Assembly: GCA_000388065.2 (NCBI GenBank)
Contig: KB932208.1
DNA length: 58,659 nucleotides
Origin: Fonticula alba ATCC 38817
Lineage: Eukaryota; Protista; Nucleariida
Strand: one strand, 5' to 3'
Part shown: positions 22,308-36,000 of the stretch, one piece after another
How the letters are laid out: the number at the start of each line of letters is the position of its first letter
Position numbering within the stretch: position 1 is the stretch's first letter
The notes under the pieces: model-generated
What the model saw: the letters and a program-made list of their open reading frames with translations, nothing else
Told to the model about the DNA's origin: nothing
Databases searched by the model: none
Made by a program: the position numbers and the translations under genes

Positions 22308-25300
22308 GCTCCGGCGGACGGAAACTTCCTCCCGGGGCCCGGACCCGAGGCATCAAGGTTGGGCAAGCGTCTCCCGTCGAGCCGTTCGGCGCATTTCCGG
22401 TCTCTCGGTCAGCCTGTCAGCCGTGGTCTGCACCCTGTCCGAGGGAGGTCTTCGTAAATGGATGCCTGACCACGGGCTTCGCCGGCTGGTCTGGGCCCGT
22501 ACAGAGTACAGAGCGGGTCTCGGTGACTCGTGGCATCGGTGGGAAAAGTGCGCGGAACACGGCGGAGACGGTCCGGATCCCGGGGGATGCGATTGTGCGA
22601 GAGGGGGGTGCCATTGGCCTGGAGGCTGGGACAAAGGCGACGATCACTTTGATCTGGGGCTTCGGACGAGGAGAATGTGACGCCGCTCGAGGTCGACATA
22701 TGTCCTGTAAGAGCATCGGGCCTCATCTTGAGATCTCCGCCTTTCGGCCAGGCTCTATGGAACACCCTGTGAGCTGCGACCAACGGTCCGAAGCGGACAT
22801 GCTCGGGGACATGGCAACACACGATGCGAGGCGGGGCCGAATTCCGGCAGCAGCTCGGGCGCGGCCGCCGGGCTGAGCGTCCCCCTCCCCCGGCATGGCG
22901 AATAGGGGGGCATAGCAGGCAGTGTGCAATGGAAGCCGGCTGGTGATCGGGAGGTCGGGTGTGGTGCCAAATGGTTGGGGGCGTCCAGTGGTGCTCTGGT
23001 CCGGGGAAGGGATCGGGCTTTGAAAATCAACATTGGGGCAGCCCGAGTGGTCGGTGGCTGGCGATGAACGATGGTCTGGGGCCTGGGGAACCGGCATCGA
23101 TGGCCTGCCGCAACACGCTGCCCATCGACCCCGAGGTCACCTCTCCAGCGAGGGCTTTGGGGCTTGTCCGGCCATCGCCAGAGGGTGAAGATGTCCGATC
23201 TCCTTGGCGACCTAAAGGGTCGGCCGTGCGATGGGTCAAGGGAGGCGGTTTGGGCTGCACTCCTGCGTCGGCCGCTCCGGAGAGCGTGCACCACACGCGC
23301 CCTACCCGCAGCAACAATATAAGCGTGTCACGGGAGGGGCCCGCTTGCACTTGGCCCCTTGGACGAGACATTCGCGGACAGGTATCGACGGTTTCCCCGA
23401 GGTCTGGGGGTCGTAGAGGCGCTCCAGCCGGCGTGTGTCGAGAACTGGGTCGCCTTAGACCGAAGGCCCCATCATCATCGCCGGGAAGGCACTGGTCATG
23501 CGAACGTACATAGGGACCGGGCGTTTGTCGCTGCGCATGCGGTGTGCCAAGCGTGCGACATTCCCAACATGGTCTTGGGCCCGCTTGGCCCCGGGCATCT
23601 GTGATCTCGGCAGCCCGGCTTGAGGGCTGGCCGCCGTCCCTCGGCCGGCCATCGTGGGACTTGGCCACCCTGCGGCGATCGCCGCCTCTCGGCGATTTGA
23701 TGCCCGAGACCCCTCCCTGCTGGGGCTTCTCTCCTGGCGAGGGGCCTCTGAGGCACATGTATTGACATCTCACGTGCAAGGTCCTCGAAGCCCAAAACCC
23801 GGGGAACCCACTCACTCTGCGATCGTGCCGGAGCAAAGGGCTCCTTTGGTGCGGGAATTCGTCGCATGTGGCGAAAGATCGACCTCTGAAAAGAACAGCG
23901 CGCGCGTGGACACCCGTTGGCGAACAGAGATTCACATGCATTCACATGCCTCCTTGCCATTCCAACCACTCCGCACTAAGATCTCTTCACCAGTTCCCCC
24001 TGATCTAGCCACCTGCGGGGCCCTTCCCCGGCTGGAGCTGACAGCGGGAAAGAGGGAGAGAGACCCCTGACGGATGCTATGCCGGAAATCTGCACCGACT
24101 GGGGTGATCCCCGAAAGCAAAGGGAAGACCGCGTCAATCTGGACCATGGAAAGTCCCAAACTCGGCGAGCCGGTGCGAATCGAGATGGCGAGCAACGGCA
24201 ACCGACCCACTCTAGTACGCCCCACCGGGTCCAAGAGTAGGCCTTTCAGCAGGCGCCCAGGGCCCGGACAGAGTCACCACATGTGCCCTCGCGCGCGCGC
24301 GCGCGCCCCTCGAGGTCCGGCAGCTGGGGGAACCGCTTCTCGGGGATTGTGGGCGGAGGGATGTGCCCAGGTGCCCGCGGATCGAGGCCCGGACCGGAAT
24401 CCCCGCGGTCTGGCCTGACATGCCCGCCTCGCATGGAGAATCCCGACCAGCACTTGCCTTCAAAGGCCACCTTGTGGCCTTCCACCCCGCAATCCCCCGC
24501 GTGAGCGGCTCTTATTCTTGGATGTCGCGGAGCTGGGTCCACCCGAAATGCGTGTAATTCAGAAGGTAATCGAACCAGCCACACGTGGCGCCCCCGGAAA
24601 GGAAGCCTTGGACCAGACACAAGCGCCAGCTCATGGCTTTTGCCCGGGTGGGCGGTCTCCCATGTGATGATTTAATTGCCAACTCTTGATGATGACCCTG
24701 GCGCCGCCCATCCCGGCGGGGGGGGGCGGGGGCATCGCTGCCGATCCGAGCTTCGGGCATCCGTTTCGGAAGAATACACAAGCCGCCGCCGCCGCCGCCG
24801 ACTGCCCAGCCCTGTGTGTGATGCTCACACCTACCGGGCCCCGGAGAGGGGCATCCGGCGAGCCATGCCGAGAAACAAAAAGCGTGTCGCAGCTCGACTT
24901 GTGGACCCTCCTGGCATGGATAGCTCTCCCACCCTGTGCTGACCGCGTGTATCCATCGGGCGCCGCCCCATTCGGATCCCCACGGCTCCGGGGATTCGAA
25001 TCTCCCACGTTCACCGCCATGCGAGCCGCCGGGGCCAAGGAAAAACTCCGACCCAGTCGGCCAGCATCTGCCGCGCCGGGATCCACCTGCCTCCCTGGGC
25101 CGGGGAAGGGGGGCCCCCTCCGGTCAGAGGAGACAGCTCGGAAGCCACTTGGTTTGCCTTCTTTTTTTTTTTCCTCCTTTTTAGGACACCACCCTCGGCC
25201 TGGCACCGTGCACCGCTCTGACAAGCATCAACTTTCCCCTCCTTCCGCTGCTTCCTTGCTCTCCTCCCCCCCCCCCTTCCACCTGGCTTCCCTCCTCTCC

Positions 25301-25364
25301 CACCTTCCTGGCTCACTCGCTGCTCCGGCTCGGCCTGTGGCTCGCTCCGCCGAGTCGCGTTCAA

Positions 25365-28300
25365 ATGGCGAGCCATGCCTGGCATAGGTCCGGCGCCGGT
25401 AGGCTGGCGCCGGTCCTCTGGCTGTTTGTCGGGTTCTTGGTGACCCTGGCCCGAGGCACGGGGCCGCTCCTGCTGCACGGAACGCTGCACGCTCCCTCGA
25501 CGGCCGGGCGTCTGATGGGATTTTCGACGCCCCTCGGAGAGCCATCGATAGCTGTTTACGAAAAGTCGACAAGTATCCTGGAGGCTCGCGAACAACATGT
25601 CAAGCTGGACCGCCTGACTGACATCCGGTGGGGTGTATTCTTCTCCGACATCGGGCCCTACGCCTTGGTTTGCTCGGCGCCGACTCCCCCTTCGGCGAAT
25701 CCAATGCATATGGTTCTGCCGGGGGCATCCCTGCCGGGGCCCCTGGTCCTCGAGTACTCCCACACTCATGTGGGCGTGTGCGGGCTGACCGCGGCCCTTG
25801 CATGGACCATGCCGAATACGCAATTGCTCGCGGCCCAGAGTGTGGGCCAGGACTCGGTCGACCTCCTGGTACTTGTTGATGTCGGGTCGAGTGCCGTCAC
25901 CTTGAAGATCCTCCTCGTGGAGTTGGATGTTCTTGCCGGCCAGTTGATGTATCATGACCTGTCTTTGCCGGCCATGGAGTCTGCCCCGGTGTTGGCTGTT
26001 CCCGGACCCGGGCGAACGTTCTTCTTCCTGGAGCCCAACCAACACCTGTGGTATGTTAGGCATCAGGGGGGTGGCTCGGCCGAGGTCTCCGGCATCGCGG
26101 TTCCCACTTCGGGCGTCCTTCAAATGATCTCCTCTCGGGTGTCCTCCCCTTCGGGGGATTGCCCGACCGGGGATTTGATCCTGCTGCTGGATGGGTCGCA
26201 TATTCGGGTGCATCCCTGCCCGGCCAGCATGGGCACGCCGTTTTCCTTTTCTCTGCCCCCTGGCACGGTGGGCGGCCCCACTGGGCGCATCATCCTCCCC
26301 CCGGCCCTTTCGATGGAAGAAGTCTTGCCATTGCTCTACTACGCTGAATCATCGCCGGGGGAGCCCCCGGACCGATGGCAAAGCTATGGCGCGCGGACAT
26401 CCACAATCGCCAGGCCACCTGGCGGCCGGTGATCACCCCGGCCGGCGTCAATCCGATGGAGGCCGACTTCATGAGCCTGATCGTGGATTTGAATGGGCCC
26501 CGGTGGATCCTGGCCGTCGGCCATGTGGGCCTGCTGGAGCCGGACCTCTTTCGCTGTGACCCCGATTCGAGCATCGTCTGCGACCGGGAGGATTTCCTCC
26601 TGGGTACCTCGCTGGGATGGATGTGCTCGCCGGGGCGCCAGGCCAGCCCCTTTGCAGACGATGAGCGCCTGTGCGGCGCATGTGGCGACGGCTTCTACTT
26701 GGACCGTCCGGGTGCGTGTGTGTGTCTGTGTGTGTGTGTGTGTTTGTGTGTGTGCTTTCCCCGTTCCTTTTCCTTCTTCTTGCTTCTCCTCCTTTCCGGC
26801 AGTTGACTCGCGGCTGTCGGTGCCAGGAATTTGACCAGCGTCAGGCCGGGGTCCGATGGCCGGCCAAGAGGGATCCATGCACTGACCCATCCTTTGGTGA
26901 CCTTGCAGCGCGCCTGTGCCGCCCCTGTCCAAAGGGGTGCACTTCATGCTCCGGTACCGAGTGCTTCCAATGCCAAGCGCCGTTGCTGACGGAGCAAGCC
27001 CCCGCCGGTGGCGGGGTGAACTGTGTGAGTGCCTGCTCGCCGGGCTTCACCGAGCTGGCTGGGGTTTGCCAGCGTAACGCCGGCCCATCGGCAACCCTGT
27101 ACAGCCTCACGGAACGCCCGACCATCAACTCGTCTTCCTCGGCCGGGTTGACGATTCTGGCCCTGGGCTCCACGCATCTGACCCTGGACCCGCGGGATTT
27201 CGGTACGCCCTCCCTGTCGGCGAGGGCCCTCAGCACGCCGTCTGCTGCTCGGGAGGGGGTTTTGTTCTTCATTCCGGACGCCAGGACCCTGTGGATGCCG
27301 GCCGCGGCCGCGAGCGACCCCTCTCGGCCGCCCCTCGAGGAGATCACCCTCTTTCCCGGGTTCCCCTCGGCCGGCGTGGCGTCATACACGGAAATCGGGC
27401 CCCTTTTGCTGCCCTCCGAGGCGGTTCTCCCATTCGCCATGTGCACGGGCCAGGAGGAGCTCCTCCTCGGGGCTCTGTCCTGCTCGCTGCTTCCCGAGCC
27501 GGATGGCACGTCCCGCGCCGTGTGCCTGGGGGTCCCCGCTCCGATGCCGCAATATGTCGTCAGCCGGCCTTGCCGGATGGTCCGTCGAATTGGCGATCGC
27601 CATGTTTTGGCCTACCTGGACGGGAATCGGGCGGCCCTCTACTTTTTCGATGAATCCTGGCGTCTCCTTGACATCGCTGGTCGGACCCAGGATGGGCTAC
27701 TCCTCCCGCGGGTTTTGGCCCCGGTCGGGCCGCGATCGCTGCCGGACTTGGGGGATCCCACGGACTGGTTTGTCCAGACGAATCTCAGCGGCCAGGCAAC
27801 CGCACTGCCTCTGGATCTTCTTGAGGGAGATGCTCGCCGGCAGGCCCTTGCCAACCGGCTGTTTGCGAGCCACACCGTCTTCGGGACGCCGGTGCTCTTG
27901 CGGACGGCAGGTCCCCACGGTCCGGGCCGCCATGCGCACGAACTCATCATGACTCGCGTGTTGCCGTCCGGCCATTGGGAAGCCTTTTCGGCTCCCGGGG
28001 ACATGCTGCCATCGGGCCGAACGGTGGACCTGCCTACCCTGCGGCACAATCTCGGCCAGGTGCCCATTGGCTTGGGCGGGGGTCCCAGTCGCTTCCAGTC
28101 TCTGGAAATCGACGGCCTGCCCGAATTCCCGGCCGCATTGCTGCTCGTGACGGAGCGTTTCTTGGCCGTGGCATTCTTTCGGTGCTTGGCGGTGGCCGGC
28201 CCGTGCTCCCTGCTGCCGGCTACCTTCCTGCCGCTGGGAAGGCTCATCACCGGCCTCAGTAGCATGGATGTCATCCAGAGCCCGGGCCAGCCTGCTCAAG

Positions 28301-31300
28301 ACCCAACGGCCATACTGGCGATGGCCCTGCTGGCCAAGACGTCCCTGGGCATGGTGGAGATGCGTATTGAGTACTCCTGCCCGAGTGAGACCTTTGGCCC
28401 GACATGCCTGCCCTGTCACCCATCGTGCCGCGAGTGCTCGGGCCCGGGTTCCGACAGCTGCACCGCCTGTCGGGCGGCCATGCCCGACGACCCGGCCATC
28501 TGTTTGAGCGCCTGCCCGCCGGGCCTCATCCTGGATCCACAGGCGCTATGTCGGTGCCCGGGCTCCTGCCTCCGGTGCGACCCGGTCACGGGGCCTGGGG
28601 GTGGCTATCGGTGTGGGATGTGCCAGGCGGGCTGGGCTGTCGGTAGTCCGAATTCCACCCTCTGTCAGCCGTGTCACTCGACCTGCCTCGAATGTGCGGT
28701 CCCCGACAGCATGCATGCCTGTACAGGCTGTCGCCCGGGGACTTATCTCCACCAGGGGAGCTGCGCGTCGGCCTGCCCGTTGGGCCTCTGGCCGGACGAC
28801 CAGACGGCCGAGTGTCGGGCCTGCCCGGCTGGCTGTGTGTCATGCATGTCGGATGGCATGTGCGAGAGCTGCGCGGGGGGCTTTTTCCTCGATGGCAATG
28901 GCCAGTGCGCCAGGTGCGATGCCTCTTGCATGGCATGCTCTCGGGCCGATGCCTGTGAGGCATGTCGCCCGGGGCTGATCTTCCTCCAGCCCGATGAGCA
29001 TGTGGCCTCGCTGTGTGGAAGTACCTGCGGCCCGGGCGAGTATCCGGGCGTCGATCGATGCGCCGCATGCCATGAATCCTGCGATCTCTGCGCCGAACGC
29101 GCGGACATGTGCCAGGTGTGTGGCGATGGCTTCCGGTGGGCGACCGGGCCTCCGGCCGCCGGGCGGACGGGGCCTTGCGTCGCCTGCCCGGCCGGGTGTG
29201 CCTCCTGCACGGCGGACCGGTGTTACTCCTGCGCCCCGGGCCTCCTGCTGTCGTGGGATGGGGTTTGCTTGGCCGCCTGCCCGGAGAGCACGCATGGGAC
29301 CGACGAATCGTGCCAGCCGTGTGACCCCTCCTGCCTGGCATGCGCCGGGCCAGGCCCGGACCAGTGCACGACATGTGCCCCGGGGCTGGAACTGCTGGAG
29401 GTCTCGGCCCTGGTGGGCACCTGCGAGTCGCACTGTCCCGAAGGCCAATATCGCGATCTGGCCTCCGGCGCCTGTGCGGCTTGCCATTCGGCCTGCGCCA
29501 CGTGCAATGGTCCCTCCGATCGGGATTGCTGGCGGTGTCGGGATGCCCTGCTGCAGGATGGGGACTGTGTGCAACACTGTGCGGCGAAGCATGTCGCCGT
29601 GGGGGATCGGTGTCTTCGATGCCATGCCTCGTGCGATCGCTGTGCCGGGGTCCGGAGCACGGAGTGTTTGCCCAGCTGCGCCGGCGGGCTGTTTGCCCTG
29701 CCGGCCGGGCAATCCCCCATGCGCTGTGTGTCCAGCTGCCCGGTGGGCTACAGCACCATGGGGTCCGGCTGCGCCAAGTGCCAGGATCACTGTGCCAGCT
29801 GCCCGGCCTCGCGGGATGTGTGTGCTCTTTGCGATCGGGGCTGGCTGCTTGAGAGCCCGGATTGCGTGGCCTCCTGCTCGGCTGGGTCTTCGCCACAGGG
29901 GAACATTTGCATGGTATGCCACGATTCCTGTGGGACTTGCTTTGGCCCGGGCCCGGGGCACTGTCTCACATGCGGCGATCATGCCCCGCTGCAAATGGAC
30001 ACCCATTGCTTTGGGACCTGCCCGGAGGGGGCCTTCCAAGCCGGTCACGAGTGCTTGGCGTGTAGTGCCGTCTGTGCCAGCTGCTCCGGTCCCCGGAGTA
30101 CCGACTGCACCGGCTGCGCGCCTGGCCAGGCCCTCTATGCGGGGACCTGCTTGGCGTCCTGTCCTGAGGGGCACTTCGCCGAGGGGGGCATTTGCCGGCC
30201 ATGCGACCAGGCATGCCGGCGTTGCGACCGGGCGGGATCATGCACCGCCTGCTCCGAGCCCCTCCTGCTCCAGGCCGATGGGGAGTGTGTGGCGTCCTGC
30301 CCGGCCGGCTGGCTGGCCTGCCATCCAAGTGGCCGGTGTGAGCCCTGTCCGGAACACTGTGCCGAGTGTGTCCCGGCCGGGGCCCAGTGCATGGCGGTGT
30401 GTCAAAGCTGCCGGCCCGGCTTCCAGCTCTCCGATGGCCAATGTGTCGATGGCTGCCCGGCCGGGGAGTTCCTCGATCCCTCGTCGGGCATTTGCGCGCC
30501 CTGTCAATGGCCGTGCTTGACATGCGGCAAGGCCGCGGAAAGGTGCACCGCCTGCGCGCCCGACAGCGGCCATCTGATGCCGGAATCGGGCACATGCGTG
30601 CCCGCATGCGGGGCCGGCTTTGCGGCCGTCCGCGGGGTGTGCCAGGCCTGTCCGTCGGGCTGCGAGCAGTGCACGGCCGGGCCCGGGCAGGCTGGCTGCA
30701 AATGGGCAGCCGACGGGACGCCATCCTGCCCGGGGGTGGCCACATGCGATGCCTGTCACGCGGGTGGCTTGCTGCTGGAGGGGACATCCTGTGTGGGTGT
30801 CTGCCCGCCAGGGTGGTATCCCGATCGCGAGTCTGTCCCGGCTGGCTGTCGGCCCTGTCACAAGGGGTGTCTTGAGTGTGATGGCCCGGGGGCGTCTGAC
30901 TGTGCACGGGCCCCGGGCTCGGGGGCGACGCGCATTGGCCTGGCCATTGGCCTGGCGGTGGGCTTGCTCGTGGTGCTGGTGCTGCTGGCCGTGCTTGCGG
31001 TGCTGTGTGTGCGCCACCGCCGGCGGGCCATGATGCTTGCCAAGGGGCCCGACACCGAGGATGCCACCATGCTGAACACCATCCTGGAGCTGGCCCTGCC
31101 GGGGGCCATTTTGGTGAATGTGGACATGGACTTCCGCCGGCTGGACATGACACTGGGCGCCGGGGGCCAGGCCAGCGTGTATGCCGCGCAGTCCGTCGGG
31201 CCGGGGATCATCGGTCGGCTGGGCTGCCCGGAGACGGTGGCCGTGAAGCGCATGAAGGCCGAGACCATGCGGCCGGTGGATGTCTCCCTCTTCCAGAATG

Positions 31301-32010
31301 AAGTGGCTCTCATGTGGCTCCTGCGTGAGCATCGGAATATCGTCCGGGTGTATGGCTACAGTGAGATGCCCCCGGCCATTGTGATGGAGCGCTTTGACAC
31401 GGACTTGAAGACTCTGCTGCACTCGGCGGTGGCCCTCACGGACCGGCAGCTGGCCGACATCATACGGCAGTGGGCCTCCGGCATGGAGGCCATGCACGCC
31501 CACGGGGTGGCCCATTGCGACCTGAAGCCGGCCAATGTCTTTGTTCGGATGCATGATGACGGAATGTGGCATGTCGCGCTGGGCGATTTGGGCACCAGCC
31601 GGAATCTGTCGGCCGAGCGGTCGTCGGCTCTGGTGAACTCCTTCCCCGAATTGAATGCCATGTCGGTGCCGTATGCATCGCCGGAGTTGCTTCGGGCCTT
31701 CCGGCAGGGTGTTCCCCTGGACCGGGGGGCCTTCTTGCCGGCCGATATCTACGCCGCTGGGATCATGCTGTGGGAGTGCTTGACCCGGTCGACATCTTGG
31801 TCCGGTCTCTCGATGGAGGTGATCATGGAGGCAGTTTGTCAGGAAAATGCCCGGCCCCCGGTGGAGCAACTCCCGGCCGAGGGCCCCTTCGTCCATGCCC
31901 GGGACCTTGTCGAGGCAGCATGGCAGCTGGATGCACAGCGACGCCCAGATGCCGGCACCTTCCGCCAGCAGTGTTCCATGTACTTTGTGGCGGCCGGGGG
32001 TCTCGATTGA
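25365..32010 (+). CDS. Receptor-like TKL-type kinase with furin-like stalk (non-RD, HCD), ~2130-2150 aa; frame discontinuity near 26360
   Basis: Signal peptide (LAPVLWLFVGFLVTLARG). Exon 1 is 25365-26711 with a frame switch between ORFs 25365-26432 and 26375-26806. Phase-1 intron 26712-26908 (GTGCGT..ACTGAC..TGCAG). Single exon 26909-32010 carries the furin repeats, TM (IGLAIGLAVGLLVVLVLLAVLAVLCV) and kinase (GAGGQA, VAVK, FQNE, HCDLKPAN, DLG, YASPE, DIYA). Confidence 0.85.
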
Positions 32011-33029
32011 GATCCCCGCCCCCTGAGAGGGGCTTGGCCCATCCTCCATGGCCGCGGACAATGGGATCTCCTTTTTTGCTGGAGTTGCATCGTGATTTTT
32101 CCCTGCACTCGTGTGGTGTTTCGTTACTGGGACCAGATGGGGGGGGGGGAGCAGGAGGGCAAGACAGCCCGGGGACGCGCAAGGGGTCCGTGCTCCTCGG
32201 TGACGGATCGCCGACGCCGGGGGCCGCGTTTAACGTGTCTCGGATTGCCCCATGTTGGCACGTCGGGCATGGGCGAAGGGGCGTGGCAGTCGGCCGGCCG
32301 CGGAGGGCCCTCTGGCCGATACCTCCAGGGGTCCCGAGTGGTGCGCGACTGTCAGGATGAAAGGGGGACGGAAGGGAGTCACGGTCGCAGGAACAGGCAA
32401 TTGGGAGGCAGGCGTCCGACTGTTCGGACAGGAGAGCGAGCCTGGTGGCCGATGGCCTCAGATCCGGCCCGGGGATGGTCGCCTGTTAGGCGAGATTTCT
32501 TCTTCGAATGGCCGATCAAAGGCGGCCTGTGGGAAAGACCGGGCGCAGGAAGAGAACGGGCGGCAGCAGAGGGGGGCGATTTTCGATGACTACAAAAGGC
32601 CACTATAAAAGCTCCCTTTACGGGGGGGGGGCAGGGGGGTCGGTGTCGTCAGCATGTCTCCTCGATCGCTGCCGGGTCCCTTTGAAAAGTGCCATCGTAG
32701 CATGCCTGGACACGCGGCTGGCCGGCCCCCGGGCCTCGCACTGGCCAACCGGCCGACTGCCCCCCCCCCCCCCCCCCCCCGCCCCAGTGCGTGGTGGCCC
32801 TGTGGTGCCGGTTGGCGGCCCCCGGGGCCGGGGCGACATCGGGCTTCGGCCATATGGGGCGCACGATGCCAGTGGGGACCCCTCCCCTCGCGGCCGAGCC
32901 ACGCCCAGGGGGATGCCGGCTGCGGACGCCGGGCACGCTCGCGGGACAGTGGACATTGCTGGTGACTTGTATTTCGTCGAGGTGAGTGAGGCCCCGGCTC
33001 GGGAGGGATGTCAAGGGGGGGGGGTCGAT

Positions 33030-36000
33030 TCACTGGTCAGGGAGCATGGTCACCAGGGTGGCAGCCAGGTGGCGAAGGCTGGCAGCCGGTGGTCTTGCCG
33101 GTGCTTCGGGGGCCCACAGCAGGGGCAAGGTGTCGAGCAGATTCTGGCCGAGAGACGGGCTCACCCGGGTGACAGGGTCGGCGGCGTGGTGGAGCTCCGG
33201 GCGCCGGCCGGCGGTCACACTTTCGGCGATGCTCATGAAGGAGCCATCCTCCCAGGGAACCCGGCGGGCGATTGTCTCCCAAAGCAGGAGGGCAGCGGCA
33301 TATATGTCAGCCGGAAGATAGAGGTTTGCCTCGACAGGGCGTCGGCGCTGGAAGGCGACCAAAACCTCGGGCGCCGCATAGCGCGCAGTCATGGCATTCA
33401 GCTCGGGTGCATGGGACACCAGGGCCGAGGACCGGCTGTCGGAGAGATTGCGACTGGTGCCGAAATCCCCGAGCGCCGCTCGCCAAGCACTGCCATCGGG
33501 GCTGACAAAGACATTGGCCGGCTTCAAGTCGCAATGGGCGACACCATGGCCATGCATGGCCTCCAAGCCGGTGGCCCATTGCAGAGCCAAATCCAGTCGA
33601 GTGTGCAGGGACAACTCGACCTCCGAGTGGAGGAGGACGCCCAAGTCGGAGTGGAAGCGCTCCATGACGATGCCGGGCGGGGACTCGCTGTAGCCGAACA
33701 GCTGGACGATGTGATCCTGGTGGCGGAGCAGCCTGTGCGAATGGATGTGTGAGTGGCCTTTGTGTTCTTTGGGCTCTTTGTGTTCCCTGTGTGTGTGTGT
33801 GTGTGTGCGGCAGACAAGGGCCCCATGTGCGCAGATAGCAGGAGAGTGGGCGAAAGAGAGAGAGAGAGAGAGAGAGGAGAGGGGCATGTACCACATGAGG
33901 GCGATTTCGTTTTGGAACAGAGCAACATGGCGGGGGGTCATTGTGGTCGCTTGGGGAGGGAACAGAGGGAGGCAGCGGGGGAGTCAGCCATTCCGAGCGG
34001 AGGCCACATAGCGGGACCACATGACGAAGCATACCCTTTAGCTGCTTGATGGCCACGATATCCGGGCAATTGAGGCGCGCGGAGATCCCAGCACCGACGG
34101 CTCGCGCGGCAAAGACAGTGGCCTGGGCGCCGGTGCCGAGGGCCGTGTCGATCGGGGTGAAGTCCATCCCCAGGTCCACCTGGATGGCGCCCGGGAGGGA
34201 AAGTTCTTTCCGCCACCCCACGACAGGACATGTCAGTCAGGCAAAGGGCGAGGCCGAGGGGAGGGGGGGGGAGGGGGGCATGTCCGACGGCTGGCGTACC
34301 GACAAGCGTGTTGAGGACCGTTGAATCTGAAATCCGGGGGTCAGTCACGGGGATGGCCAGGGGGAACGGGCTCTCAAAGCTCGGCCATGGGTACGCACTC
34401 TCATCTGGGTCATCCTGAAAGGCCAGCACGGGATGAAGGAGGAAAGGAGTGCGGTCAATGACGGAAGATGGGGGCGAAGGGCAGGGCGAGGCTCGGAAAA
34501 GGCCGGGGCGGGGGCATGCGCACGGAAGGTTTCGGGGCCGGGGCTCGACGCAAGCGCCACAACAAACAAATGGCCAGGGCCAGGAGAAGCAGCAGCAGCA
34601 ACAGTCCCAGCCCAACGCCCAGTCCCAGGGCTTCGGGCGACACGGGGGGGGGGGGGGGGGGCGCGTCGATCAGTGATGGGCCATGGCACCGGAAGATGGG
34701 AGGAGGGCGGGGGACATACCAAGTCGATGATCGACCGCGGGTCGGGGGTTGGTGCACTCGTCCCGGCTTGGGCCGAAGCACTCGCCGAGGCACGAGGAGT
34801 GGCAGGGGCCGCACGCGGGGACCGGGGCGTCCCAGTGGTCGAAGAACCCGGCGGGGCATTTGGAGACGCAGGCATTGCCCTGCAGCAGGAGGGAGTTCGG
34901 TGCACACCGGTCGCAGGAATCGGCCTCCCGGCAGACGAGCAGGCCATGGGCGTCCGCCTGGCAGCCGGGGTGCATGGCGGAGACCGTGCATTGTTCGCAC
35001 TCCGCCGGGCAGGGGAGGCAAACGCGCTGGCCGAAGTGCGAGGCGTACTGGACCGCCGGACAGGCGGGCAAACATTCGCCGGTGGCCACCTGCAGCCAGT
35101 CATCCTCGTTTGCACAGGCCGTGCAATGGTCCGGAGATGGATGGCAAGTGGCACACCGGGGCGCGCACCGGGCACACGTGGCCTGGGGGGCAATCGGGCT
35201 AACATCAAACACTTCCCCGGGGGGGCAGGTGTCCTGACATTGCTCGGTCACCAGAGACAGCATGAGCCCCGCCCGGCAGGCGGTACAACGAGCCGCACAG
35301 GTGTCCGGAGATGCGGCATCATGGAAGCAGCTGGTGCAGTCGGGCGGGCAGGCAAGGCACCTGCGGACATCGGGACAGGGGAAATGGCCCTCCGAGCAGG
35401 CTTCCGTGCAGCGGGTCTGCTCCAGGAGCTGCCCCTCCCGGCAGGCGGTGCAATGGCCAGCGGTCGGGCCGTCGCACATGAGACACCCCTCGTGGCAGGG
35501 CTGGCAGAGGCGTTGGTCGGGGCCGGCATCGATGGCAAACTGGCCCGCCGGGCAGGCTGGCTCGCATGTTCCGCGCAGGGTCAGCGGATGGCCGGACTTG
35601 CAGGCGGTGCATTGGTGAGCATCGGGCCCGTGGCAGGCGGCGCAGGCCGTGTGGCAAGGGGCACACTGGCCGTGGTCCGGGAAAAAGCCCTCCGGGCAGG
35701 ATGCCAGGCACCGGTGGTCAAGCATGACCGACTCATCGGCATGGCAAGTGAGACAGTGCCCGGGATCGGGGCCGTAGCATGTGGCACAGGAGCCGTGGCA
35801 GGGGGAACAAAGGCCGCCCCAGGGCGAGGTGCCCTCCGGGCAGGGGCTGTCACACGTGTCGGCCGGGAACAAGAACCAGCCGCGGTTGCATTGGGCACAG
35901 ACATCGGCAGACACCGGGCAGGTGGTGCAGTTATCCCCGCACGCAACACAGCCATCCTCGGTGGTCCGGTGGCCGGCCGGGCAGGCGGACACACAACGCA

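Noticed and set aside
23932-24234. Minus-strand SLGLSMVQIDAVFP resembling the end of domain 2
   Set aside because: A single short motif with no colinear support.
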